Source of the DNA: Rhodohalobacter sp.
GTDB taxonomy: Bacteria > Bacteroidota > Rhodothermia > Balneolales > Balneolaceae
Reading direction: 5' to 3'
Length of the DNA: 64,000 nt
Assembly (NCBI GenBank): GCA_050486245.1
Contig: JBJHCX010000002.1
Coordinates: 117,448-181,447, forward strand
Below are positions 29,267-39,549 of the stretch, in pieces; the first letter of the stretch is position 1, and each line of letters starts with the position of its first letter. The position numbers and the translations under genes are program-made. The notes below the pieces were generated by a model, which saw only the letters and a program-made list of their open reading frames with translations, was not told the origin of the DNA and made no database searches.

Positions 29267-29802
29267 TGCCCGGAAGAGAAGAGTCGATTGCACTGCTGGA
29301 AACCTACATAGAGAATGAAAACCTGCAAAACCACTGTAAGATGGTGGCTGATGCCATGCAGGCGTATGCTGAGTCGCTCGGCAAAGGTGAGGAGGAGGCA
29401 GAGAGGTGGTGGACGGCCGGCCTTCTGCATGACCTTGACTGGGAAAAATATCCTGATGAGCACCCGAAGGTGGCGGTTGAGAAGATTTTGCCTGATCATG
29501 GATATCCGGCTGATGTGATTGCAGCCATTGAATCCCATGCGCCTGACCGAACCGGCAGGGAGCCTTCTGAAGAGATTGAACGATACCTTTTTGCCTGTGA
29601 TGAGCTCTCCGGTTTTATGCATGCGGTGTCGCTGATGAGGCCGAACGGATTTTCTGACATGAAAGTGAAATCGGTTCGCAAGAAGCTCAAGGATAAGCGC
29701 TTTGCTGAAAACGTACCCCGTGAAGATATCCGAAAAGGAGCTGAACTGATCGGAAAGGAGTTGTCGGATCACATCCAGTTTATGATTCAGGTTTTCAAAT
29801 AA
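29263..29802 (+). CDS. HD-domain (HDIG-type) metal-dependent phosphohydrolase
   Basis: H...GLLHDLDWE...HP...SH...CDELSG, KKLKDKRFA. Confidence 0.88.
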   Translation: MMPGREESIALLETYIENENLQNHCKMVADAMQAYAESLGKGEEEAERWWTAGLLHDLDWEKYPDEHPKVAVEKILPDHGYPADVIAAIESHAPDRTGREPSEEIERYLFACDELSGFMHAVSLMRPNGFSDMKVKSVRKKLKDKRFAENVPREDIRKGAELIGKELSDHIQFMIQVFK

Positions 29803-29814
29803 TTTCACACTGGA

Positions 29815-29840
29815 TGAAACCCGGTCCGGCCTGATACGTA
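29815..29840 (+). promoter_or_regulatory. Putative ECF sigma promoter TGAAAC-N16-CGTA
   Basis: Exact SigW-type consensus 50 nt before the DUF4097 gene. Confidence 0.55.
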
Positions 29841-29890
29841 TCGTTTTGGTGTAACAGGCTGTATCACCCGTAAACAGACATTTGCACGCT

Positions 29891-30898
29891 ATGATCAGAC
29901 AACTCCATAAAATCACCGGAATAGGGGTATTTCTGCTTCTGCTTTTCTTTATGCAAACCCCGAAAATTGCTGCCGGACAACCGACGGTTGCACACCTGCC
30001 TGCATGGGCAGATGGGGAGTTTTCGTTGCAGCCTGATCCGTACCGATCCGTTTTTTTCAGAACCGACAGGGTTCCATCGGTAGAGGTGATTTCTACGGTG
30101 GGAGATATCGATGTTGTGCATACGCCCGGTATCGATGGAGTACAGGTGGATCTCTACGTGAAGCGGGAGTTTTCACTTTTAGGGGGCACCCGAAGCCTGG
30201 ATAACTTTCGAATCATTATCCAGCAGCAGGGACGAAATATTATCGCATCAGTTGAAGACCGGCGGCCCGGAAGAAGCGGGAGGCCGGCCGACGATATTCG
30301 CTTTTCGTTTGTTGTACAGGTGCCTGAAAAGTCCAATTTAAACCTGAGAACCGTAAAGGGGGATATCACCTCGAGTGGTGTTGAAGGTGAGCATTTCTTC
30401 CAGAATCATCAGGGTGATATTACCCTTCAGAGGCTGTCTGGTGAAATACGGGCTGTTTCATCGGCCGGCAGCATCCATCTGGACCGACTCGATGGTGTAA
30501 TTTTTGCAAAGACGATCAGCGGCGATCTGCGGGCAGTTCAGAACAGCGGTGAGATCAGGCTGCGAACAACAACCGGTGAAATCCATGCAGAAAAGAGTGC
30601 GGGAATGCTGATTGCAGCTACGACGAGCGGCCATATCTATACAGATTTTTCATCGGTCACATCCGGTGTCTATGTCGAATCGACAGCCGGAAACCTGAAT
30701 ATCGGGCTGCCTGCAAGACATGGCTATGACATCAAGGCCAAAGCCCTGCGGTTCGATTTTGACAAAATTGACCCCTTGATATCTCAAAAAGATATTCGCT
30801 TCAGGGATGCCGATGTGCGGGTGGGAGATGGCGGGATACCGGTGAACCTGACTACGGTTGCAGGAACGGTAACGGTTTGGCAATCACAACAGAGGTAA
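29891..30898 (+). CDS. DUF4097 (adhesin-like) beta-strand repeat protein
   Basis: Signal peptide; repeated T.xGxI units (TVKGDI, SSAGSI, TISGDL, TTTGEI, TTSGHI). Confidence 0.8.
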   Translation: MIRQLHKITGIGVFLLLLFFMQTPKIAAGQPTVAHLPAWADGEFSLQPDPYRSVFFRTDRVPSVEVISTVGDIDVVHTPGIDGVQVDLYVKREFSLLGGTRSLDNFRIIIQQQGRNIIASVEDRRPGRSGRPADDIRFSFVVQVPEKSNLNLRTVKGDITSSGVEGEHFFQNHQGDITLQRLSGEIRAVSSAGSIHLDRLDGVIFAKTISGDLRAVQNSGEIRLRTTTGEIHAEKSAGMLIAATTSGHIYTDFSSVTSGVYVESTAGNLNIGLPARHGYDIKAKALRFDFDKIDPLISQKDIRFRDADVRVGDGGIPVNLTTVAGTVTVWQSQQR

Positions 30899-30901
30899 AC
30901 A

Positions 30902-32995
30902 TTGGAACGATCCGGGGTTACATATTTACTGCTGACGGGGCTTCTTCTTCTCTTATCTGCACTGCCGGAAAGGGTAACGGCACAGGAGACCTTTTTTCAG
31001 TTTGAGTGGCAGCCTCCTGAAGAAGTTTCGCTGGAGGGCATGACTGGCGATGAGAAGATCATCTACATCAGTGACCGATGGAGGTTTAAAAACGGAGACG
31101 ATATGAGATGGGCTTCTCCGGATTACGACGACACCGGCTGGGATATCATCAGTACCAACCTGACAAGCGGTGACCTCTCTTTTGTGGAGTGGGAAGGGGT
31201 TGGATGGTTTAGAAAACAGATTCGGGTGGATGAAAAGCTGAGGGGAAAAGCGGTGGCACTGGTCGTAGACCGGCATCTGGGAGCATCCGAAATCTATCTG
31301 AACGGTGAGAAGGTGTATGAACTGGGCCGATTCTCAAAAAGGCCCGATCACTTTAAGGCATCTTCGGGCAATGAACTGCCCCTTCTGGTTTTTTCGAACG
31401 ATGAAATTCAGACCCTGGCAGTACGGTTTGCAAACCATAATGAGGTCGAAACCAGCCGTCTGTTTGGCCAGAACGGCTTTCGCTTTCTGCTGGCCGACTG
31501 GCACACATACCAGTCACAGCGCCTGGAGTCGGTTTATGACTGGACACGGGTCAGCATGTTTTACGCCGGTGTGCTTCTGACCTTTTTTGTGATTCATTTT
31601 CTGCTGTTTCTGTTCTATCCGCAGGCCCGGCAGAACCTCTATTTTTCACTCTTTTCAGGGGGATTGTTTCTGGTTACCTATCTCATTTTCAGGCTGGAGA
31701 TGGCAAACTACACCTTCGATACGATCTTCTTTATGCGGTTTACCCTCTTTTTTGAGATCATTGTGCTGGTCTTTGCCGTCCGTTTCATACACAGCATAAA
31801 TCAGCGGCAACACACTCTCTACTCTAACGGGATCCTGATTGCCGGTTTTGTCGCAGCTTTCATTATCTACCTCTATCCGGTTGAGTTGACCCGGCTGCGT
31901 GAGCTATTGCTGATCTTTTTTGTTATTGAACTGCTGAGAACCCTCTATTTTATGTTCATGGAGCGAAAAGGGGGCGCCTGGATTGTAGGAGCAGGTATGC
32001 TTCTTTTTGTTTCGGGCCTGATCATCAGCCTCCTCATCAACTTTCAGGTACTGGAGGGGGATGTCAAGATTATCAATATGTCTGGCTCTGCACTGTTGAT
32101 CCTGTCGATGTCGGTCTTTCTGTCCAGGGATTTCTCCGTTACACGTAATAATCTTCAGAATAAACTTATTGAAGTTCAGGAACTCTCCAGAAAGTCGATC
32201 GAGCAGGAGAGAATCAGCAAAGAGAGAGAGATTGAGAAACGCCTTCTGGAGGCTGAACATGAGCGCAAAACGGCAGAGCTTGAAGAGGCCAGGGCGCTGC
32301 AGCTCTCCATGCTGCCTCAAAAAGTGCCGGTGTTACCAGGTGTTCAGATTGCATTTTACATGGACACGGCAACTGAGGTGGGGGGCGACTATTACGATTA
32401 CAGTGTCGGCCCGGATCAGTCATTGGTTCTTGCCCTGGGCGATGCCACCGGCCACGGGATGAAGGCTGGAATAATGGTTGCCGCTGCAAAAAGCTATTTC
32501 CACACCATGGTTCACGATACTGACCTTCTGGGCCTGCAGTCAAGAATCTCTGCAGGGCTTCGAAATCTCAATATGAGAATGATGTATATGGGGCTCTCAC
32601 TGCTTCAAATCAGGGATCAAAGGGCCGAAATTGCCATTGCAGGAATGCCGCCATTACTGTACTACTCAAAAAAAGAGAACCGGGTTGAACGGATTACCCT
32701 GAAGGGGCTTCCCCTTGGCGGGAAAACCCGTTATCCCTACCAGACTCACTCGCTGGAGATTGAGAGCGGGGATATTTTTCTTCTGATGAGTGACGGCTTG
32801 ACCGAGCTCTTCAGTGAACAGAAAGAGATGTTGGGATTGGAGCGGGTCGAAGAACTGTTGTACAATTCGAATGGATATACCTCGGCTGAAATTATTCAGC
32901 AAATTCAACAACTTGCAGAGCGATGGACCGGTGGCGTGGCTCCGCATGACGACATTACGCTGATGGCTGTTAAAATTACCGGTGATGAAACTTAA
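30902..32995 (+). CDS. Membrane sensor PP2C/SpoIIE (RsbU-like) phosphatase with periplasmic domain and 7TM region
   Basis: Signal, jelly-roll-like WRFKNGDD..WA / GWFRK, about 7 TMs, coiled coil, VGGDYYD, DATGHG, SDGLTE, DDITL. Confidence 0.88.
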   Translation: MERSGVTYLLLTGLLLLLSALPERVTAQETFFQFEWQPPEEVSLEGMTGDEKIIYISDRWRFKNGDDMRWASPDYDDTGWDIISTNLTSGDLSFVEWEGVGWFRKQIRVDEKLRGKAVALVVDRHLGASEIYLNGEKVYELGRFSKRPDHFKASSGNELPLLVFSNDEIQTLAVRFANHNEVETSRLFGQNGFRFLLADWHTYQSQRLESVYDWTRVSMFYAGVLLTFFVIHFLLFLFYPQARQNLYFSLFSGGLFLVTYLIFRLEMANYTFDTIFFMRFTLFFEIIVLVFAVRFIHSINQRQHTLYSNGILIAGFVAAFIIYLYPVELTRLRELLLIFFVIELLRTLYFMFMERKGGAWIVGAGMLLFVSGLIISLLINFQVLEGDVKIINMSGSALLILSMSVFLSRDFSVTRNNLQNKLIEVQELSRKSIEQERISKEREIEKRLLEAEHERKTAELEEARALQLSMLPQKVPVLPGVQIAFYMDTATEVGGDYYDYSVGPDQSLVLALGDATGHGMKAGIMVAAAKSYFHTMVHDTDLLGLQSRISAGLRNLNMRMMYMGLSLLQIRDQRAEIAIAGMPPLLYYSKKENRVERITLKGLPLGGKTRYPYQTHSLEIESGDIFLLMSDGLTELFSEQKEMLGLERVEELLYNSNGYTSAEIIQQIQQLAERWTGGVAPHDDITLMAVKITGDET

Positions 32996-33021
32996 GGTTA
33001 ACCTAAACCGTAATATTGAGT

Positions 33022-34404
33022 ATGAAACGACTGTACCCATATCTGTTCACATGTATTCTGATGCTGCCTGCAATGGCCGTTGCACAACAGAGTGATGACG
33101 ACCCATTTAAACGGGACCCCATATTCAACAAAACCCTGGAGGAGTTGCTGGGGCTCGATCCGTATGCAGAGGTTGATGAAGAGAGGGAGGAGCGGCTGAT
33201 TGAGCCGGAAGTGGCTGTACGGAGGCTCTCAGTGACCGGAATGGACCTTGGGGGAAGCCTGGAGGCCGGGCCCTACTACAGCAATGCTCTTTACAGCCAA
33301 TATCCGCTGATGCCTACCATTCACTTCAATCGTGTAAACGGACTGTTTCTCGGAATTCGAAAAGAGAGGATGCAGTGGCACAGGCAGAGCAGTTTTTTAC
33401 AGATAGAACAGATTCACCCGCACGGTTTTATCGGGATCGGCACAGCCTCGAAAGAGTGGGAGTATGCATTGGGCGTGGAGAAGCTTTTGGGCGAGCAGAG
33501 GCGGCTGATGATCGGGGGTGAGTTCCACAAGGCCACCTCAACCGAGGATTTTCGAAGAGTTGGACTGATTGAAACCTCTCTCACCTCCTTTTTCGCCTCC
33601 TACGACTTTCTGGATTACCATCAAATGGAGGGGTTTGGCCTCTATACCGTATATCGTACACAGAGATGGTTTGAAGCGGGCTTTTCCTTTAACCGCGACA
33701 CCTTCCGGTCTCTCGGAAGAAATACAACCTACTCCATGTTCGGCCGGTCAAGTGTGTACCGCCTGAATCCTCCGATTGATGCCCTTTCTGATGAAATTGA
33801 CCTGGACAGGTACAACTTTTCTTTTGCGTTTAATCCTCGAAATGTTCTGGTTGCCGACCGGTTTACCTTTGGAGCCACGTTGATCGCTGAGCTGGCCGAC
33901 AATGGCAACAGTGACGATTCCTATCGCTATGACAAGTACCGGGCCAATCTCCGTTTTTACTATAACTTTGAGCCGGGGTCCATATTGAAATGGAACCTGC
34001 ATGCAGGGGGCATAACTGGGAATGTGCCCGACTTCAAGGCATTTTACCTGGGTGGCATCGGTACACTTCGGGGATCGCCGTACAAGGTTTTTCAAGGCAA
34101 TCAAATGCTTTCGAGCAATCTGGAGGTGCAGTTTGGCAGGGCATCAAATCGTCCCGGTGTCTGGATGAGAGATTACAACATGCATATCCTGCTCTTTCTC
34201 GATTCAGGATGGGCACGCAATATCCCTGAAATGATCACCTCATCAGATCCGCTGGCCGGGTTTTCGGAGTTTCGTTTTTCCGACCTTCAGCACGATGCCG
34301 GTTTTGGCCTTGGAAGCGGGGTATTCCGGGCCGAGTTGGCATGGCCGCTTAAAGAGTTTGATCGCAAGCCGACATTCTGGATTCGATTTAACCCTACTTT
34401 TTAA
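33022..34404 (+). CDS. Outer-membrane beta-barrel protein (Omp85/BamA-TamA-like, no obvious POTRA)
   Basis: Signal peptide, FNRVNG, LGGIGTLRG, FLDSG, DAGFG, terminal F. Confidence 0.65.
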   Translation: MKRLYPYLFTCILMLPAMAVAQQSDDDPFKRDPIFNKTLEELLGLDPYAEVDEEREERLIEPEVAVRRLSVTGMDLGGSLEAGPYYSNALYSQYPLMPTIHFNRVNGLFLGIRKERMQWHRQSSFLQIEQIHPHGFIGIGTASKEWEYALGVEKLLGEQRRLMIGGEFHKATSTEDFRRVGLIETSLTSFFASYDFLDYHQMEGFGLYTVYRTQRWFEAGFSFNRDTFRSLGRNTTYSMFGRSSVYRLNPPIDALSDEIDLDRYNFSFAFNPRNVLVADRFTFGATLIAELADNGNSDDSYRYDKYRANLRFYYNFEPGSILKWNLHAGGITGNVPDFKAFYLGGIGTLRGSPYKVFQGNQMLSSNLEVQFGRASNRPGVWMRDYNMHILLFLDSGWARNIPEMITSSDPLAGFSEFRFSDLQHDAGFGLGSGVFRAELAWPLKEFDRKPTFWIRFNPTF

Positions 34405-34420
34405 AACTGTCAAAGAGCAG

Positions 34421-34455
34421 AAAAAGGGCAGCTTCAGTAATGGGGCTGCCTTTTT
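34421..34455. terminator. Bidirectional intrinsic terminator
   Basis: aaaaagggcagcttca-gtaa-tggggctgccttttt. Confidence 0.75.
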
Positions 34456-34527
34456 AGTTTGTAGCCCGATCCAAACCCGGCGATCAACCTGCAGCGGTTA
34501 GCTTCTGAAGCGGAGGAACCTTGCCTC

Positions 34528-34553
34528 TGAAACAATTTTCACTGAAAAGCGTT
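34528..34553 (+). promoter_or_regulatory. Putative ECF sigma promoter TGAAAC-N16-CGTT
   Basis: Same motif and spacing as 29815; upstream of mltG. Confidence 0.45.
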
Positions 34554-34644
34554 GCAAGAGCCTGTCTCGGATCCTATCCGTTTTAATGCAAATAAACGTT
34601 ATATTCAATCCGTTTTCAGGAATTCAGGATCAGATAATTTTCAA

Positions 34645-35718
34645 ATGAGCCCATTTTCTAAAAAAGAAGTTGCAGTACTTTTTATCCTCTTTGTAGTTGT
34701 TTTTTCAGTGGTTTTCGGTTCTCGATCGCACCGCCTCTACAAACCGGATGCCATTCAGACAGATAGGCCTGTACATCTCTATATCGAGCAGCGGATCGGC
34801 CTGGATGAGCTGAGTGTAAAGCTGGACAGCCTGGGGGTTGAGGTGAACCGGGATGAACTTCACTGGGCCGGCAGGGTACTGGGCTGGCGGGGATTTCGTC
34901 AGGGGCTCTACATTATTGAAGGGAAACAGTCGTACGGTGATTTTCTGTCACGGATGGCACGCGGCATTCAGGATCCGGCACGTGTGACGGTATTATCAGG
35001 CTCAGATCCCGACCGGATGGCCGAACGGCTGGGAATGCAGCTTCAAGCCGATAGCGAAGCTTTTCGGGAGGTGTTTACCGACAGTTCCGAACTGGCCCTG
35101 GAGTTGGGCTTAACCGGTGAGGAGCTCTTCTCCCGGATGCTTCCAAATACCTATGAGATCTACTGGACTTCTACGCCTGAGCGGGCGGTCAGAAGAATCT
35201 ATAATGAGTTTACCCAATTGGTTCAAAACCGTTATCGGCAACAGATCGATGAGAATGGCTACTCGCTGGATGAAATTATTACGCTGGCTTCCATCGTTGA
35301 GCTTGAGGCGAAGGTGCAAAGTGAAAAGCCAACCATTGCGGGACTCTACCTAAATCGCCTGAACCGGAATATGCTGCTTCAGGCTGACCCGACCGTTGCC
35401 TATGCCATCGGTGAGCGAAGGCGTCTCCTGTTTGAGGATTACCGTTATGAGCACCCTTATAACACCTATCTGCATGCCGGTTTGCCGCCCGGGCCGATTA
35501 CAAATCCGGATGAAGCCTCCATCCGGGCTGTTCTGGAGCCGGAAGAACACAACTACCTTTTTATGGTGGCATCTCCGGATGGCTCACATCGCTTCAGCCG
35601 AACATTTGAGGAGCATCGGAGGGCGAGTGCAGAGTGGCGACGCTGGATTCAGGAGCAGTATAGAATACGGGATGAGCGTGAGCGCAGGGAAGCTCAAAAT
35701 GAGAATAACAGCCAATAA
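34645..35718 (+). CDS. mltG: Endolytic transglycosylase MltG
   Basis: N-terminal TM, LASIVELE, YLNRL...LQADPT, PYNTY..GLPPGPITNP; ATG 34645 chosen. Confidence 0.93.
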   Translation: MSPFSKKEVAVLFILFVVVFSVVFGSRSHRLYKPDAIQTDRPVHLYIEQRIGLDELSVKLDSLGVEVNRDELHWAGRVLGWRGFRQGLYIIEGKQSYGDFLSRMARGIQDPARVTVLSGSDPDRMAERLGMQLQADSEAFREVFTDSSELALELGLTGEELFSRMLPNTYEIYWTSTPERAVRRIYNEFTQLVQNRYRQQIDENGYSLDEIITLASIVELEAKVQSEKPTIAGLYLNRLNRNMLLQADPTVAYAIGERRRLLFEDYRYEHPYNTYLHAGLPPGPITNPDEASIRAVLEPEEHNYLFMVASPDGSHRFSRTFEEHRRASAEWRRWIQEQYRIRDERERREAQNENNSQ

Positions 35719-35758
35719 AAAAGGCCGCTGAGATCTGTTTCAATGATCTCAGCGGCCT
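35717..35758 (-). terminator. Intrinsic terminator between convergent genes
   Basis: 14-bp stem aggccgctgagatc/gatctcagcggcct with a T-run on the minus strand. Confidence 0.8.
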
Positions 35759-35800
35759 GTATTCACTTTGGAACTCTTCGTATTGTACAGGTAAAGGAAC

Positions 35801-37513
35801 TTATTCAGTTCTGTTTTTTGCCCTGTCTGAAAGCGGTAAAACAAAGACCGATTGATTGATGCGGCTTCCGTCAAAATGGATTCGGTAAGCCATCCCGTCA
35901 TGCGGCATACCGGTTTGGACAGCCCTTCTCAGGTATACCGGATTCCCTGCCGTTTCAAGACTTTGAAAGATGAAGGTGCCGGTATCGTAACCAATTCGTG
36001 CAAAGCGGTCGGGTTCTTCATTAAAGCGTGCCTGGTAATCTTCGGTAAAGTAGTGAACGGCAGATGAGTCGGCGCTTTCACCGGTTGAAGCGGTGTGGTA
36101 GACCTCAAAACGGCGGTTTTGATAGGCTGATAGGTTTGCATTAGCCCACTCTTCCGATCCGAGCACAATGGCATTGCTTCTGTGAACCTCCAGTTCATTC
36201 ATAAAGAGATTGATCAGGGTAGGTGCCGCCTGTCCGGTAAAAGGGGCATAAACGGCTTGTGATTTCACATAGCGCAGGGAATCGCGAAGTTCTTCGTCGG
36301 AGGTGAAGACCTCGGTATATTCGGTCAGGTCATATCCTCTTCCCGCAAAATCATCTTCAATAAAGTAGGAGATCGTGGCACCGAGCCTTTCAGCTTCTTT
36401 ACGAAAGCTGAGGGCTGAAGAGCGGCCAAGCGCATCCCGTTCGGTGATGACCGCGAGGGTGTCGAGTCCGAGCTCCTGAACCGCATATCGTGCCATCTGC
36501 TTACCGTGTATTTCAAATGTGGGATTCATCTGATAGGTATAGTTGTAATCGAGGTTCAGCTCATCCGAATTTGCAAGGGGGGCAAACATGGGTACCTGAT
36601 ACTCTTCGGCCAGTTCGGCCATTCGCATGGCAGGCTCTGAAAAGAGCGGGCCGATGACGGCATCCACACGGTTTGACCAGGCCAGTTCGGTGATGGCAGC
36701 TGCGGTGGTATCTGCATTCTCGGCAGAATTTTTAAATATAAGCCTCACCTTGCGGTCAGCATTGCGGTTATTGAACTCTTCTGCAGCAAGCATGATACCG
36801 TAGTAGAGGTTTCTGGGTATCAGAAAATCGGGATCATCTTCCTCAAACGTTGGCAGGATCACTCCAATGTGATAAACCGTGCCCTGTGGAGCCGATGGGA
36901 AACTGCGCACTGTCTGGAAAGCGCGTGAATCGCTCTTTAAACGTTCGGTAATTTCTGCATGATAGGTTGTATCGGGCTCCAGTCTGATGACCTCCCTGAC
37001 CAGTGCATCATATACCGGCTCATCGGTGAGCCTGCGTGCACTCTGTGCCAGATCAAACCTGAGAGCGGGAGAATTCGCTTTCTGAATGGCGTCAAAACGC
37101 TCAGAGAGTGAGAGATAGTTCAATAACTGATTGTAGAACCTGCGGGCGTCGACGTGGATTCCTGTGGTGCTGCGGCTCTCCTGCAGACGCTTCAGGATAT
37201 TCAGGCTTTCAGAATAATTTTTTTCCCTGAAATAGGTCATGGCCGCAGTATATTCGGCTTCAGCCTGAATACTGACCCGGGTACTTTCAGCGGCAAGGTT
37301 CAGATAGTGACGGGACAGGGGATAGTTCCCGACGGCAAGGTAGCTTTTCCCGAGAAAGAGGGCGGCTTCATCCGTTTCAATCTGTTTGAATATCCCGATC
37401 GCCTCACTGTACTGCTCTTGTTCATAGAGGTCAACGGCATCCTCAAAAGACTGGGCTTGTGCAATGCTGATAGTCGTAAGCAGAATCAGAATAGATAAGA
37501 GTATCTTTTTCAT
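35801..37513 (-). CDS. TPR + periplasmic-binding-protein-fold protein (LppC/LpoA-like)
   Basis: Signal peptide, TPR-like helices, IGVILP, AVIGPLFS, GYD. Confidence 0.7.
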   Translation of the reverse strand: MKKILLSILILLTTISIAQAQSFEDAVDLYEQEQYSEAIGIFKQIETDEAALFLGKSYLAVGNYPLSRHYLNLAAESTRVSIQAEAEYTAAMTYFREKNYSESLNILKRLQESRSTTGIHVDARRFYNQLLNYLSLSERFDAIQKANSPALRFDLAQSARRLTDEPVYDALVREVIRLEPDTTYHAEITERLKSDSRAFQTVRSFPSAPQGTVYHIGVILPTFEEDDPDFLIPRNLYYGIMLAAEEFNNRNADRKVRLIFKNSAENADTTAAAITELAWSNRVDAVIGPLFSEPAMRMAELAEEYQVPMFAPLANSDELNLDYNYTYQMNPTFEIHGKQMARYAVQELGLDTLAVITERDALGRSSALSFRKEAERLGATISYFIEDDFAGRGYDLTEYTEVFTSDEELRDSLRYVKSQAVYAPFTGQAAPTLINLFMNELEVHRSNAIVLGSEEWANANLSAYQNRRFEVYHTASTGESADSSAVHYFTEDYQARFNEEPDRFARIGYDTGTFIFQSLETAGNPVYLRRAVQTGMPHDGMAYRIHFDGSRINQSVFVLPLSDRAKNRTE

Positions 37514-37581
37514 AGAAAGATGTTGAGTCATTTGAACTTGGAATCAATAGAATAAAGAGAGTTAACGGAGTTATGTTCCCT

Positions 37582-39132
37582 TTATTCCCACTCAATTGTG
37601 GCAGGGGGCTTGGAGCTGATGTCATAGACAACTCTGTTCACTCCCCGTACTTCATTGATGATTCGGTTGCTCACCTCAGCAAGAAAATCATACGGAAGAT
37701 GGGCCCAGTCTGCCGTCATCCCGTCAACGCTTGTAACGGCTCTGAGGGCTACGGTCGACTCATAGGTTCGCTCATCTCCCATTACACCGACAGACTGAAC
37801 GGGAAGGAGTACGGCCAGTGCCTGCCATACCTCATCATAGTATCCTTTCTCGCGCAGTGAAGAGATGAAGATATCATCGGCATCACGAAGGAGGTTTAAT
37901 TTTTCACGGGTTATTTCACCCAGTACACGGATACCCATTCCGGGGCCCGGAAAAGGGTGTCGGCCAATGAAGTTTTCGGGTATGCCCAGTTCACGGCCAA
38001 CATTTCGAACCTCGTCCTTGAACAGTTCGCGTACCGGTTCGAGCAGCTCCAGGTTCATTTTATCCGGGAGTCCGCCTACATTGTGATGCGACTTGATGGT
38101 AGCTGAAGGTCCCTTGAATGAGACGCTTTCAATCACATCGGGGTAGAGAGTGCCCTGAGCCAGGTACTTGTATCCGTTCTCCTGTTCAATGGCACTGTCA
38201 AAAACATCAATAAAGGTATTTCCGATAATCTTTCGCTTCTCTTCAGGATCAGAAACGCCTTCCAGGTTTTTGAGAAACAGGTCTGAAGCGTCAACGCCTT
38301 TAACCGGCAGTTTAAGGTGTTCACGGTAGGTTTTGAGTACGTCTTCAAACTCATTTTTTCTCAGCAGTCCGTTGTCGACAAATATACAGAGAAGCTGATC
38401 GCCGATCGCTTCATGGATCAATGTTGCAACAACGGTGGAGTCAACTCCTCCTGAGAGTCCGCAGATTACCTTGTCATCACCCACACGCTCTCGAATGGCG
38501 GCAATTTCAGTTTCTATAAATGAAGCGGCCGTCCAGTCGCCGCTGCAATTTGCGATGTTCTTTACAAAGTTACCCAGGATAGTCTTTCCCTCGTCAGTAT
38601 GGACGACCTCAGGGTGAAACTGTACTCCGTAGATCGGCTTGTCACTGTGTTTGACGGCTGCCACGGGTGCATTGGCGGTATGCGCAATCACTTCATACGG
38701 CTCGGGCAGGTTTTTAATATGGTCACCGTGGCTCATCCAGACAATGGTACCGTCATCGATGCCTCTGAAGAGTCCGCTATGGTCATCAATGAAGAGTTCG
38801 GCACGGCCAAACTCCCTTTTTTCAGCCTTTTCAACACTGTCTGGCCGAATGGCATGTGCCAGTGACTGCAATCCGTAACAGATACCGAGTACCGGAACGT
38901 CATACTCAAAATAGTCGAGGTTGAGCTCCGGGGCATCCTCATCATAAACGCTTTTGGGCCCGCCGGACAGGATGATTCCTTTCGGAGGATGTTGTTCAAA
39001 GCCGGTTTTATCGGCATTGAATGGGTGGATTTCGCAGTATACGTTCAGTTCACGCAGACGGCGGGCTATCAGTTGTGTGTATTGTGATCCAAAATCGAGA
39101 ATGAGAATCCATTCATCGTGATGAGTGTGCAT
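37582..39132 (-). CDS. guaA: GMP synthase (glutamine-hydrolysing)
   Basis: [47 protein letters not shown]. Confidence 0.98.
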   Translation of the reverse strand: MHTHHDEWILILDFGSQYTQLIARRLRELNVYCEIHPFNADKTGFEQHPPKGIILSGGPKSVYDEDAPELNLDYFEYDVPVLGICYGLQSLAHAIRPDSVEKAEKREFGRAELFIDDHSGLFRGIDDGTIVWMSHGDHIKNLPEPYEVIAHTANAPVAAVKHSDKPIYGVQFHPEVVHTDEGKTILGNFVKNIANCSGDWTAASFIETEIAAIRERVGDDKVICGLSGGVDSTVVATLIHEAIGDQLLCIFVDNGLLRKNEFEDVLKTYREHLKLPVKGVDASDLFLKNLEGVSDPEEKRKIIGNTFIDVFDSAIEQENGYKYLAQGTLYPDVIESVSFKGPSATIKSHHNVGGLPDKMNLELLEPVRELFKDEVRNVGRELGIPENFIGRHPFPGPGMGIRVLGEITREKLNLLRDADDIFISSLREKGYYDEVWQALAVLLPVQSVGVMGDERTYESTVALRAVTSVDGMTADWAHLPYDFLAEVSNRIINEVRGVNRVVYDISSKPPATIEWE

Positions 39133-39153
39133 TACGGTTTTTCAGTATGGGGA

Positions 39154-39534
39154 TTAATCAATCAGTTCTTTGTATTCATCGGCAGAAAGCAGATCATCCA
39201 GTTCGGAAGAGTCTTGTACACTCATCTTTACCATCCAGCCGTCGCCATAGGGATCGCTGTTAACCAGCTCCGGGTCATCCTCAAGATCTTCATTGATCTC
39301 GGTGATTTCTCCGGTAAGAGGGGAGTAGAGTTCGGATACGGTTTTTACCGCTTCTACGGTTCCGAATACATCATCTTTATCGAACTCGGATCCTTCCGGT
39401 TCAAGTTCTACAAAAACGATATCACCGAGCTCACCCTGGGCAAAATCGGTAATTCCGATAGTTACGGTTCCGTCTCCGTTGTCACGAATCCACTCGTGCT
39501 CTTTCGTATATTTTAGATCTGCTGGAATATTCAT
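39154..39534 (-). CDS. gcvH: Glycine cleavage system H protein
   Basis: HEW, GITDFAQ.ELGD, EAVKT (lipoyl Lys), DPYGDGW. Confidence 0.97.
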   Translation of the reverse strand: MNIPADLKYTKEHEWIRDNGDGTVTIGITDFAQGELGDIVFVELEPEGSEFDKDDVFGTVEAVKTVSELYSPLTGEITEINEDLEDDPELVNSDPYGDGWMVKMSVQDSSELDDLLSADEYKELID

Positions 39535-39549
39535 ATAAATAGCCTGTTA

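Noticed and set aside
29850-29873. Second TGTAAC...CGTAA site (also TGTAAC at 26315-26320 on the minus strand)
   Set aside because: The spacer is 13 nt, or the -10 element is missing, so it does not fit the 16-nt pattern
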